Assembly: GCA_951406725.2 (NCBI GenBank)
Contig: OX597822.1
Coordinates: 60,202,001-60,266,000, forward strand
From: Octopus vulgaris
Taxonomy: Eukaryota
Length of the DNA: 64,000 bases
Direction: 5' to 3'
Of the stretch, positions 50,643 through 63,622 are shown one piece after another (position 1 is the stretch's first letter; each line of letters opens with the position of its first letter). The translations under genes and the position numbers were made by a program. Under the pieces are notes generated by a model that did no database searches, had not been told where the DNA came from, and saw nothing but the letters and a program-made list of their open reading frames with translations.

Positions 50643-52759
50643 TGTACTTAATCACCCTAACATTGTGTCATTCTTACAATAAATTAAACGTAAAAAAAAA
50701 AGAAAAGAAAAAAGATTTTTAGTGGACAATACAAGTGTCGCTTATTTTGTTGTAAATTAACAGTTTATTGCCAACTACGGGAGAAATCTGCTTGGCAACT
50801 CTTTCAAACATAACTATTTATCAATTCTTTTCATCGATCTGTTTTTGTAAAATCAACTTCCTGATAAATTAGCAATAACAATAGTATTCTAAATTTTGCT
50901 CTTGTTTTTCTACTGGCTGGATATTTTTTCCTATCTGTTAAGGCTAAATCTAATTATTACTGCACGTATCTCTTACAACAGCTGCAAGATTATCAGAGTG
51001 AGTGGACAAACTATATTATTGTGCAAACTGCCACAACTGGCATGATTATCAGGTATATTAGAAACATGTAAGTAGATCGCATAAGACAATGCGACCTAGT
51101 TGATTTTTGTATATTAAGATTATTAAATTTGCAGCATAGAACTGCATTGTAACATTACACTTTCATATTTTTACAATAGTATCATATGATTAAATTCTGA
51201 TTTATAACCAGTATTTGTGCAAATAATGAGCCATCTGTTATGTCTCCTTGGGTTATAAGCACATACGATAAACGTCGCCCTTTTCAAGCCTAGTCAGGCT
51301 CATGGACCCGGTTTCCGGTTTCTGTGGCGTATGTGTTCCCCCCCAGCTGGACAGGACGCCAGTCCATCGCAGCGTCACTCAAGAAACAGGAAGAGAAAGT
51401 GAGAGAAAGTTGTGAAAGCCTCGTGGAGCTTTTAGGTGTTTTCGCTCAATAAACACACACAGCGCCCAGTCTGGGAATCGAAACCGCGATCCTCCGACCG
51501 CGAGTCCGCTGCCCTAACCACTGGGCCATTGCGCATCCACTATAAGCACATAGACATATATATTAATCTTAAATTATACATGTTAAATCCATTCCAGCCG
51601 ATCTTACCAATCAGCTTAGTGATGGTGCTAGAAAGCCCTAAGACCTAATCAGGCAGACTTATGATCAAAGGCGTTCAAGCTGTGATCAGTCTGTATTTTC
51701 GTATATCAAAAATTCTCTAGTGTTCTCGTTCCTGAAAACAATAGGGGGTGATTTGTGGGAAATTTTCCTGCTATTTCTAATTATCAAGCAACCAGGTATA
51801 ATGATCTTCAAAATATTCTTCTACTACTCCGCCGGTTACGACGACGAGGGTCCCAGCTGATACGATCAACGGAACAGCTTGCTCGTGAAATTAACGTGCA
51901 AATGGCTGAGCATTCCACAGACACGTGTACCCTTAACGTAGTTCTCGGGGATAATCAGCGTGACACAGAGAGTGACAAGGCTGACCCTTTGAAATACAAG
52001 TACAACTCATTTTTGCCAGCTGAGTGGACTGGAGCAACGTGAAATAAAGTGTCTTGCTCAAGGACACAACGCGTCGCCGGGAATCGAACTCACAACCTTA
52101 CGATCATGAGCCGAATGCCCTAACCACTAAGCCACGCGCCCTCACTCTTCAAAATATACTCAAAACTTAAAGAATCATGAGATATAATTAGTTTTTTTCT
52201 TCTTTAAACCAGTAAATAATACTTGTTTCGTTAAATAAACTTAGAGAAGTAAGTAATACAGGGGGAAACAATTAATTTGAACTAAGAAAGCAATATTTGC
52301 ACGAATATTGCTTCTGGGAAATATCATAAAAGGAAAAACTCAAATGTATTTCTTACGTGGGAAACATAGTTATAAGACAGATCTCACAGGAGTCGACGTC
52401 ATTACGACCATCTATGGAGAGAAATAAAAATGAATGCATTTGCCCTAATAACTTAACAGTGGTCAAAAACATTTCCGTAGGAAATAACTATAGCCCCAAT
52501 TGAATTACGAAAATTACACTTTGTAACTCTACGCACAGGACATTTCTTTTTAGTTTCGGAAATAAGGACTTGATATTGTTATTTCGTTTAGAAACCCCAC
52601 GGAAAGATAACCTGTTTGTTGTAGTGCAAAGATGTACACATACAATAACACACCCACACATGTACTTTCGGAATTTGAAAGATGGCCGCCGCTAACTCAG
52701 ATCTCAAACATATTTTCGGACGTTCAAACACACGTATTCATTTTATTCATTTTGTGTAT

Positions 52760-53515
52760 TTGTGTGTAGCGCGTGCGCTATCGTGCGTACACATATACAT
52801 CTATTAGTATATACCTATGTATGTATGTATGTGTGTGTATGTATGTATGTGTGTGTGTATGTGTATATATATGTGTACATAGGTAAGTATATATGCTATC
52901 AATATATATATATATACCATATATAATATATATATATGTATATACACATGCATGTATCTTTATATATAAAGCAGAGTTTGTGTGTGTGTGTGTGTGTGTG
53001 CGTGCGTGTGTGTGTGTGTGCGTATGTGTGTGTATACATGTGTTCCTTATGCATTTGAAAACTTAGTTGCCAATTTTGACGTATGGATATCAAAAGATTT
53101 AGTAATCTTTCGGTTACCAAATAAACTTTATTTTCATTTACATATTTGCATTACAAAAATTTAACATTATAATCTCTCTATAAGTCAACTATCGTAAACG
53201 AAATTCTATACCACTACCATCACCACTACGAATACTACCACAACGTCACATTTTTTTTAATGTGCGTGTATGTGTGTGTGAGAGAGAGTGTGTGTGTGTG
53301 AGAGAGAGTGTGTGTGTGTGTGTGCGTTTGCATGTTCGTTACATACCTTAGGCCGATGACTGAGAAGTATATGTGTGTGACGGTGTATGTGTGTTTGAAT
53401 ATACATACATTTATATACATATAATATATATAGGAATATACATACATTTATATACATATAATATATATAGGAATATACATACAATTTTAGTGACAACAGA
53501 CACATACACACATCT

Positions 53516-53576
<61 letters not shown>

Positions 53577-53780
53577 CAGATGGACAGAGAAGCGTCTGAG
53601 ATATGCGTGAATGTATGTCTCTCTGACTGCCTTAGTATCTGTATTTGAGTGTATGTCAGACTGTATGTGTGATAATATTTAAGTGTTAAGCCCCAGAGAA
53701 TTAAACACACACGCACATCTACATATACATATATATGTGTGTATGAGTGTGTATGTGTCTGTGAGTGTGTGTGTGTTTCT
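52760..53780. repeat. Compound microsatellite cluster (TATG, TG, TA, GA); similar tracts at 13790-13870, 48720-48830, 59580-59800, 63865-64000
   Basis: Directly visible simple repeats. Confidence 0.9.
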
Positions 53781-53789
53781 GCTTTTATT

Positions 53790-55600
53790 ACGTCTGTAGT
53801 AAAATATAGTAATGAACATTCTACGCAGTTTTAAAGAGCCCACCTCTAATGAAGTAGCCATTCTTATGGTAGGTGATCCCCATGAAAATCGTGATATTCT
53901 CATTCGTGCTCGAGATAACAACCTTAAACTTGTTTCAGACTCATCCTTCTTATAATGCTTTCCAGCATCCTCTTATTTTGTGTAATAGATAAGGTGGGCA
54001 TCATTTCAATATTCCACAGATTGAGCCTGCAACACGAGATCTAATTACAAACAAAAAGGTGTCGTCAAATGACTTCTATTCTTACCAACTGATGTTAAGA
54101 CCAGAACAATCAAATCAATTATACATGTACCGTGATTTATTTCAGCAATAGCTGATTGATATATATGCTAAAGTTGACGGTGAGTGTCCCCTCTACAATC
54201 GTAACAAAAAACAAAAAGTTAAGGGATAAAAATTATGTTTGTCTCTAAGATGTTCTGAGGGCAGATAGTGATATTCAAAACATATAATCCTCCCGTCATC
54301 ATTCACAAGTGGTTCTCGATATATGCATGAACGAACATAAGATGCTATGACATATGTCAGGACATGTGGAAAACGAGATATTTTTGTCACTTCCATTAAC
54401 AATCCTAAATGCGAGGAAATAAAATCTAACCTTCTCCCAGTGTTGCATCTTCTGGTATTGCAGCTACCCTCCTCAATGGGGGAAGAACTGCTTATTCCAT
54501 GTTCAAGCTCCCTCTAAATTTTGCAATGAAAGAATCTCAAACGTGCAACGTTTCCAAAATCTCTGCAATGGTAACAATTCTCCAAGAAACTTGCCTCATT
54601 GCTTGAGATGAGTGTACAGTGTCACATCGTGAAGCTCTAGAGGTACTTGACCGTAGCCTCCAAGACATAAAAAACAATAGCACGCTAATGGGAGAAGTAA
54701 CAGTTCTTCTTGCATGAGATTTTCGTGAAACGTTGTCAGGTATCCCCAAAGGATCGAAAGCTGATGAGGTCAATGCATGCTTACGAAAATCATACCTTTG
54801 GAGACATGTGAAAAAACTTCATCTTAGAAGTAACATGAGAGTATTTCTACAAGGTGACCATACGAGCTTCTTAAGATTGATAATGGGATTTTAACATTCA
54901 ACACAAGACATTAGTTACATGAAATCACATGCGATCAAATGACACTTTTTCTTAGGGATCTTATGGATAAAGTATTTCCTAATTTATTTGTCAATTACAC
55001 AAATGTAAACTGGCTATATGAAAGAGCTATGCCGTCTCCAGCTAATGAAATAGTTAATAAACTCAATCATGAACTTCTTCAAAAGTTAACAGTCGATCAA
55101 GATCAGGTTGTTCAACACCCTATTGAATTTCCGAACGCACTTAAACCCACCAGGATGCCATCGCATAACTTGACACTAAAACTGGGTGCTCCCATTATGT
55201 TGCTTAAGAATCTTGACCCACCTCGCCTGTGTAATGAAACTCGCTTAATTGTTACTTCCGTGAAGCCTCATGTCCTACAGGCAACAATTATAACAGGTAG
55301 TCACAAAGAACGAAATGTCTTTATTTCAAAAATTCCTTTCACACCTACAGATGTTCCATTTGAATTTAAGACGCTTCAGTTTCCAGTCAAACTAACTTTT
55401 GGTATTTCAATTAACAAATCTCAGGGTCAATCCCTCAAGGTAGTTGGACATGATCTCTCTACTACATGTTTCTCCCATGGTCAATTCTATGTTGCTTACT
55501 CACGTCTTGGAAGCAGCAACAATTTATTCATTTCGACACCAATAAAAAAATTACACAATGAATATTGTTTACCCTGAGGTGCTTCAACATTGAAAGATTT
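53790..55600 (+). pseudogene. Decayed autonomous Helitron RepHel (Rep fragments plus Pif1-like helicase)
   Basis: PTSNEVAILMVG..RDILI, IILPSSFTSGSRYMHE..DAMTYVR, VASSGIAATLL, LIA*DEC, DFRETL, QFPVKLTFGISINKSQGQSL, HGQFYVAYSR; stops, frameshifts and large deletions. Confidence 0.9.
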
Positions 55601-55747
55601 TCAGTTCTAAATTCTATTATTTAAATTTGGATATTTTAAAATAAAACATAGATATTTTGAAATAATTATGAGAATATATCTTTATATATATTGTTTACGA
55701 ATCTGAATAAGAACAGCAGTAATCCGGGCTGTTCTTATATATATATA

Positions 55748-55972
55748 CAGTAATTACTCGCCATATCGCGGTTCGACCATCGTGGTTTATTATCTAAGCT
55801 CACGTCGATTCTTCCGTGGGGGTTGTTTTGCATTTATAATAAAATAGATATATATATAAATTATAAAAATGATAACAAAGAAATACTGTACAGTACTGTT
55901 TCTACTTCGCGGACTTTTGCCTATCGCGGGTGGTTTTGGAACGTAACACCCACGATATTCGAGGGATTACTG
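55748..55972. mobile_element. Tigger/pogo-like MITE related to 47022-47518
   Basis: cagtaattactcg ... cgagggattactg TIRs. Confidence 0.78.
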
Positions 55973-55979
55973 TTTCACC

Positions 55980-56041
<62 letters not shown>

Positions 56042-56335
56042 CGAAACAGCATTCGTATAAAATGATATGTTTAAATTTTATACAAGCGTAGAACCTCGCC
56101 AGATTGTGAGTATTAGAGCGTATTAAGGAAATATGTATTCATGCATGAGTGAATTCATGATTTTCTTTGAGATTTATGTAAGTTTGACTATATGTTTATG
56201 CATGAATATATATATTCTGTTATTCTATGTATGTATAATTGTATATATATCTATGTCTGCATCCGTCCATCCACCCATCCATCTCTCTCTCCCCCCCCTC
56301 TCTCTCTCTATACACACACACACACACACACACAT

Positions 56336-56670
56336 AGGGCGTTCCGACTAAATTTGATTTTTATTTCTCCTCTTATCAGGAAGTGAATAGTCAACGGCGT
56401 TGGCGCGCATAAAGATTAAAGTTGTAGTTAAGAAAAAGTCAGCTGATATGGAGGACTAGAAGCCATCTGAATACTGGAAAGAGTTACCTGTACCATCATG
56501 ATTTGCGCCGGTTATCAAGATGCCGTCATCATGACTGCTGCTCTATGCTCTGTGGACATTATAAATGCTGTAAGACATGAAACGGACAGCTGCAACGGAG
56601 ACCACGAAGTCGTACCCAGCAAGAAGGGGCACATTAGACGTTCTGATTGCGTCCGAACGCCGGAATTCAT
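56336..56670 (+). mobile_element. Possible Tc1/mariner transposase N-terminal remnant
   Basis: Ends in RSDCVRTPEFI, a GRPR..RT-like linker, and is truncated by a SINE. Confidence 0.35.
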
Positions 56671-57348
56671 ACAGGCGCAGGAGTAGCTGTGTGGTAAGTA
56701 GCTTGCTTGTCAACCACATGGTTCCTGATTCAGTCCCACTAAGTAGTACGTTGAGGATGTGCCTTCTACTACAGCTTATCTGTTTAACTTTTTGGTTAAA
56801 TAATCAATGAATTTTTTGTTGTTTTTGTCTTTTTTGTTTTTTGCTCGTCAAAGTTCTTTCGTCATCATACGCAAACTTTTCAATAACTATATCTCCCAGG
56901 CCGGCAATGAAAAGACTTTAACGAAAAAAAATATGTTTAGTAACCAACAAATTAAACAAACGATCGATTAGTTATTTGGATAAATATTAACCAATTTACC
57001 GGTACTACAGAAATTGAATCGGTGCATGTTATTAATATTGGTGGAATGATTCGATAGACACATTAAAACGCGATTCTTCACCATTATTGTTTTTGTTGCG
57101 CATCTACATACGGAAAGGTTGACATATTTTTTTAAAAATTTAAATGCTATATATACAATAGGCGCAGCAGCGGCTGTGTAGTAAGTAGCCTGCTTACCAT
57201 TCACATAGTTCTGGTTTTAGTTCCACTGCATGGCACCTGTCTTCTGCTATAACCTCGAGCCGACCGAAGCCATGTGAGTGGATATGGCAGACAGAAACTG
57301 AAATAAGTCCGCCGTGTCTTCCCTTCTCTGGATCTTTCCTTTTCCTGT

Positions 57349-57383
57349 GTTTCTGACGAAGAGCTTCGCTCGAAACGTTAAAC
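57349..57383 (+). ncRNA. Minimal hammerhead-ribozyme-like motif in a PLE-type repeat
   Basis: gttt-CTGACGA-a-gagc-ttc-gctc-GAAAC-GTT-aaac. Confidence 0.55.
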
Positions 57384-57480
57384 CCTCCTTCTTTCCTTCC
57401 TTCCTGAGCGTCCAATAATGCTATATTTGTTCCACGTCCTTGCATTATTGTGTTTTCTCTTTGTGTTTTCATGTTTGGAT

Positions 57481-57513
<33 letters not shown>

Positions 57514-57519
<6 letters not shown>

Positions 57520-57619
57520 TTTATAGAAGGAGCTTCTACAGGACTAGAACTGTTTCATTCAAATGAAATCTTCAATGAAACAGTTCTAGTCCTGTAGAAG
57601 CTCCTTCTATAAAATAAAT
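57514..57619. repeat. Perfect 46-bp inverted repeat with 14-nt spacer
   Basis: 57514-57559 is the exact reverse complement of 57574-57619. Confidence 0.95.
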
Positions 57620-57684
57620 TAATTTACTCTGCTATGTATTGAGTACCTTATTTACTGTGGTTAACCCCGACTCAACCCGGGACC

Positions 57685-57733
<49 letters not shown>

Positions 57734-57971
57734 TGTGTGGCTTAGGGGTTAAGGGTATTGAAGGTGCGTGGCTTAGGCTTAGTGGTTAAGAGTATTTGGC
57801 TCGCGATCATAAGGTTGTGAGTTCAATTCCCGGCGATGCGTTATGTCCTTGAGCAAGACACTTTAATTTCACGTTGCTCCAGTTCACTCACCTGGCAAAA
57901 ATGAGTAGCGCCTTTGTTTTAAACGGCCAGCCTTCTCCCCTTCTGTGTCACGCTGAATCTTTTCTTTATAT

Positions 57972-58372
57972 AGGCGCAGGAGTGGTTGTGTGGTAAGTAG
58001 CTTGTTTACCAACCACATGGTTCCGGGTTCAGTCCCACTGCGTGACACCTTCGGCAAATGTCTACTACTGTAGCCTCAGGCTGACCAAAGCCTTGTGAGT
58101 GGATTTGGTAGACGGAAACTGAAAGAAGCCCGTCGTATATATATGTATATGTATATATATATGTGTTTGTGTGTCTGTGTTTGTCCCCCCCCCCAACATC
58201 GCTTGACAACCGATGCTGGTGTGTTTACGTCCCCGTAACTTAAATGTTTGGCAAAAGGGACCGACAGAATAAGTACTCGGCTTACAAAGAATAAGTCCTG
58301 GTGTCGATTTGTTCGACTAAAGGTCGTGCTCCAGCATGGTCGCAGTCAAATGACTGAAACAAGTAAAAGAGT
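57972..58372 (+). mobile_element. SINE family A; partial heads also at ~56672-56775 and ~57160-57310
   Basis: Family consensus. Confidence 0.9.
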
Positions 58373-58378
58373 ATATAC

Positions 58379-58415
<37 letters not shown>

Positions 58416-59065
58416 CTAGCAGTATCGCCCGGCGTTGCTCGGGTTTGTAAGGGAAATAACTATATAAGCATTTTTAGAGAGTTATAGCAAAAAAATGCAT
58501 TAAAAATGTAATAAAAAATAATGGTAATTTTTTTTTAAATCGTTGACTCAGTGTCTTCAAGCCATGAAGTCGTTGTTCTAAAAGAACGCTGGTCTCCTTG
58601 ACAACGCTTTACGACGTTGATTTCCTTACACTCCCTTCCCCACAGCTTCACGAGGGAGGCAAGAAGGGGAGAAGCAACACAGGTGCAGATGTGAGCATGG
58701 ACGCATTAAAATGGAATAAAAAATGATGTTAAATTATTTTTAAAATCACTCATCTAGACGCGCGCAATACCAGACGCCGATATGCCATCGACACACGAAA
58801 AAATATGAATCTAAATCGAAGGGGACAACACTACAAATGGAATAGGAAAAAAATGATGTTAAATTATTTTGTTTTGGTTTCTTAAAATCGTAAAAGAACG
58901 ACTCATCGTAGACGCGCGCTAATACCCAAGATCGGGCTCGATATGAACTCACGACTATAAGATACCCGAATTTGGTTAAACTGCACCGCAAAATGTGGGA
59001 GTAGTTAGGAATCTAAATCGAAGGGGACAGACACTCACACAACTACAGTTTTATATATATATATA
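58416..59065 (-). mobile_element. Non-autonomous Helitron with the same 3' end as 15797-16168
   Basis: ctagcagtatcgcccggcgttgctcgggtttgtaaggg is the reverse complement of 16130-16168; internal duplications. Confidence 0.8.
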
Positions 59066-59251
59066 TATTCCAGGAGTCAAAACGTATAGAATTTGAAAAA
59101 GGGATGGAAGGACATACCACATACACAGAATGCACAAACGCACAGGCGAACGGAGAACAAACTCTGGTCACAAATTCCGCATCAGTTATCGGCCAGAGTG
59201 TCTAAAACGTAATTTCATGTCATTATCGATACATACATGTATGTGTGTGTG

Positions 59252-59296
<45 letters not shown>

Positions 59297-59617
59297 AAAT
59301 AGTTCTTTTGTGTATGTGTATTATCTTTTTATTGGCTGTGTATAAAACCTATAATGTCTTTTTTTTCTGTTGACGTCAAGACCCTCCTTCACCAGGAGAA
59401 TGAAAAGTAAAACAAAAAACAAAAGCTGCAAACCGGACGGAACCAACGCTTTGACATAAAATTGGACGATAAAGTAATCAATCGACATTCCATATATGGT
59501 AATTTTCGTGTTTACTATTTTAAGAGGGATAGTAAATAATAACACCCTATCAATATATATAAATATACATGCATGCAGTCATACATACATACATACATAC
59601 ATACATACATACATACA

Positions 59618-59707
<90 letters not shown>

Positions 59708-59746
59708 ATAAGCAACAGGATATCAAGTATGTACATTATACTCATA

Positions 59747-59794
<48 letters not shown>

Positions 59795-60064
59795 CATAAA
59801 GAGTGAAATATAATTAATTTAATAAAATTAATAAATTTCACCAATTAGTTTTTTCGGTATGGAAATGACCATATTTGGTAAGAAGACAACGAAATCCCAG
59901 CCTTGGGATATCGTTGTCTTCTTTCTCTTTACCATATACGGGTTACAAATTCTGTTTGTTTGTGGAGACTTTTTTACTAGTAGTGGAAATAGTGACCGAT
60001 TTTGGCTGCTATTTCTAATATTTTCGGTATGTGGTTTTGAGCAACTTGTAGCGATTAATCCTTT

Positions 60065-60120
<56 letters not shown>

Positions 60121-60659
60121 GTATGTATGTATATTCGGTGATGGTATATTAGCCATTTTCAAAGCGTTCAAAATATTTTTTCTTTCGTTCTGGCTTGACA
60201 GCCCTCCATGTTCGTGCTACTGTTATTCTCCTCGTCCTGTCTTTTACTGTTTATATTTTGTACAGTCTTTACTGTCCTGTTTTTGTTACCATTTTTACCC
60301 CTCCGCAAAAAATCTCAAATTTTATTTAATTTGCTTTCTGCGGGAAGGATTGTTTCAAGAAGTCGTGTCTCGCCTTTACCTTCGAAACGCGGAGTAGATG
60401 AAACAGAGGCAGCTGAAGAAGGGGAATGTTCCTTGTGTTATAATGTATTGTACTCCATTTTTTCGTTGTTTAAGAAAAATGTCTATTTCCTTGGTTTTGT
60501 GTTTATGTTTTCGTTTCTCATTGTGTTCGGCGTTTTTTTTTTTTGGTGTCCTGTACCCATATATGCATGTATATATACATATAGATGTAGGTACGTACAT
60601 ATATGTATGTATATATGTATATGTTTTATTTATTAATTTGTCATTATATATATATATAA

Positions 60660-63577
60660 CTTACGGAAACGCACCTGAAACCGGACATAGCAGATGCGGA
60701 ATTACACATACCACAGTATGTTGTACTACGGACCGACAGAAAAGAAAGGAGTCATGGAGGAGTTGCTATGTACATCCGTGATGACCTCACACCCCAGGTC
60801 CTTTTGTCATACTCAAACTCGGTGTGTGACACACTAATTGTACATATAAGGCAACTTGATGTAGTTGTGTGTGCTACATATCGCCCTCCAGATGCCCTAA
60901 GCCATGTAGGCAAGTTTGAAGACTGCCTTATAAAAATAGAAGTTCTAATCACATTAGAACAACACATAAGTGTACTTCTTATGGGAAACTTCAATCTACC
61001 CAATGTCAGATGGCCCGAGGGCCTTTCTCTCCCAGGAATGACAAGATGTGAACAAGGACAGGCGAGGTCCCTCCTGAACCTCATCAACACCCTGTACATG
61101 GAGCAAGTAATACTCCAACCAACCAGGGCAGGTAACACACTGGATCTCATCCATAATGTGAAAGTGACACCGACACTACTCTCGGATCACAACATAGTAG
61201 AGCTGACCATGTACGGACCAAAGGAAAGCATGGACATGCAGCCTACAAGAAACCCTCAGAATCTTTCCAGCTTGAACTTCCATAAGGCAAACTGGAAACA
61301 AATTGAGAAAGAGATCCTCAAACAAAACTGGCCTGAATGTCTCTCCTCGCCAGACATCGACGTGAAACTTCAACAATTCATGTCTGTAATGCAAGCCATA
61401 TGCTACAAATGTGTCCCAGAGAGAAAGGCCACTGTACACAAGAACAAAATCCCCAGAGAGAGGAAAATTTTAATGAGACGGCGTACAAAAATTTCAAATC
61501 GCCTAAACAAACAAATTGAAAGCAGTGAAAAGTCCCGCCTGAAAACAAAACTGTTGGAAATTGAAAAATGTCTGCAACTCTCCCATGAAAAGGAAAGAGC
61601 AGACAAAGAAGCCTGGGCTATAGACAACATAAAATCTAACCCCAGAGCTTTCTACAGGTATGCCAAAGAAACAGCTACGGTGCACTGTAGGATAGGGCCA
61701 CTCCTTGAAAAGGATGGCACACTCACAGGAAAACCAATGAGAGTAAGTGAAATACTGAATGAGCAATTCAAGAGTGTTTTCACTCCACCCCTTGGGCATT
61801 TCCAAATCACCAATCCAACTGACTTCTTTACCACTGCAGATATAAAATCAGAGGCGGCGACGATAAATTACATCGATATAAAGGAAGACGATGTAATAAA
61901 GGCTATAGATGAAATGAAAACAGACTCAGCTACTGGCCCCAATGGATTCCCGGCAATCCTCCTAAAAGTATGTAAGAGAGTCCTAGCAAGACCACTGCAG
62001 TTCCTCTTTCAGAGCTTCCTTGCAGCTGGCAAACTTCCAAGAAAACTGAAGGAAGGTAAAATATGCCCTATTCATAAAGGAGGTAGCAGAGCGGAGGCCA
62101 AGAACTATAGACCTATCTCTCTGACCTCACACATCAGCAAGGTCATGGAACGAATAGTCAGAAGGAAACTGATCACCTTCCTTGAAGAAAATGACTTGCT
62201 GCCTGACACCTAACATGGTTTCCGACCAGGGAGAAGCTGCTTAACTCAGCTCCTACAACACTATGGCTGGGTGCTGAAACGACTGCTCAACCACTCAAAT
62301 GTGGAAGTGATATATCTCGACTTTGCAAAGGCCTTTGATAAAGTCGATCATGGAATGATATGTCACAAACTGCGTGATGTCAACATAGTTGGAAAACTGG
62401 GAGAATGGCTTCATGACTTTCTGAAAGATAGAAGTCAGGTGGTAGTAGCCAATGGGGCCACTTCCATTAACACGCAAATAGTGAGCGGTGTTCCGCAGGG
62501 CACTGTTTTGGGACCACTACTGTTCATAATGGCCCTCTCAGACATGCCCTCAGCCACGCAGAGAGCCACGATCACAAGTTATGCAGATGATACAAAAGTT
62601 TCACAGGTAATACAGAACCCTGAGGACACTAAACGCCTGCAATGTGAGCTGGACAAAATATACAAGTGGGCTGAAAAGAATAGCATGCAGTTCAATGCTG
62701 AAAAGTTTCAAGCTTTATACTATCAGCATGCAAAACTAAATGCAATACCCAATGAATACACTGGACCCGGAGGAATTGCAATCCCAGAGGCACAATCAGT
62801 GCGTGACCTGGGTATTTACATGAGTGATGACGCAACCTTTCGTGTACATGTTGCTAAATTGGCAATGAAATGTAGACGACTGGCCGGATGGATTCTCAGA
62901 ACCTTTAGAACAAGAGAACAAGAAACCATGATGGTCCTCTGGAGGACACTTGTCCTAAGCCACTTTGACTATTGCTCTCAGCTATGGTCACCATCCAGTG
63001 TCAAGTTGATCATAGAACTTGAGGCGATCCAACGTAGCTACACGAAGATAGCCTCTATGCAGAATATAAGCTACTGGGAAAGACTCAAGAGATTAAAACT
63101 CTATTCCTTGGAGCGTAGGCGAGAAAGATATGCCATAATATACATCTGGAAGATCCTGGAGGGACTTGTCCCAAACTTTGGCATCGAGAGTTACACAAAT
63201 GCCAGAACTGGGCGCCACTGCATGGTGCCTAGGACTCCAAATTTGCCATCAAGATGTAGGACAAGATACTGTGATAGCCTGGGCTTCCGAGGCCCACAGC
63301 TCTTCAATATCCTCCCGAAGAACCTAAGAGACCTGCATGGGGTGGATGCAGATGTCTTTAAAATGAAACTGGATCTCTTCCTGTCAGGTATCCCAGATGA
63401 ACCAACTTCACGGCAGGAGGTGCAGATGAGGGCAGCTGCATCGAACTCTCTCATGCACCAAATGGCAGTTGCTAAAAAGCATTCGTGAAGTAAAACCATG
63501 TAGCAACACCAAATGGCGGTGCCCCAGCATGGCCACAGCTCATGAGCTGAAACTAGAATCAATCAATCAATCAATCA
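60660..63577 (+). mobile_element. Nearly intact CR1/L2-group LINE ORF2 (APE endonuclease plus RT), 5'-truncated, one in-frame stop
   Basis: Frame open from 60660 (LTETHL..DR..SHGGVAMY, YRPP, SDHN) to TAA at 62211-62213, then continues in the same frame (HGFRPGRSC, LDFAKAFDKVDH, GVPQGTVLGP, YADD) to 63488; (AATC)n tail. Confidence 0.96.
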
Positions 63578-63591
63578 TATAAAACTGAGCA

Positions 63592-63622
<31 letters not shown>

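Noticed and set aside
54939-55577. Host PIF1 helicase gene
   Set aside because: It is intronless, disrupted and directly preceded by Helitron Rep fragments, so it is a transposon relic.
59074-59210. Possible exon (cag|ESKRIEFEKGMEGH...SV*)
   Set aside because: It has no pyrimidine tract, no recognisable homology and no partner exons.
60345-60440. Additional hammerhead (GAAACGCG and CTGAAGA motifs)
   Set aside because: The motifs cannot be arranged into a core with the required stems.
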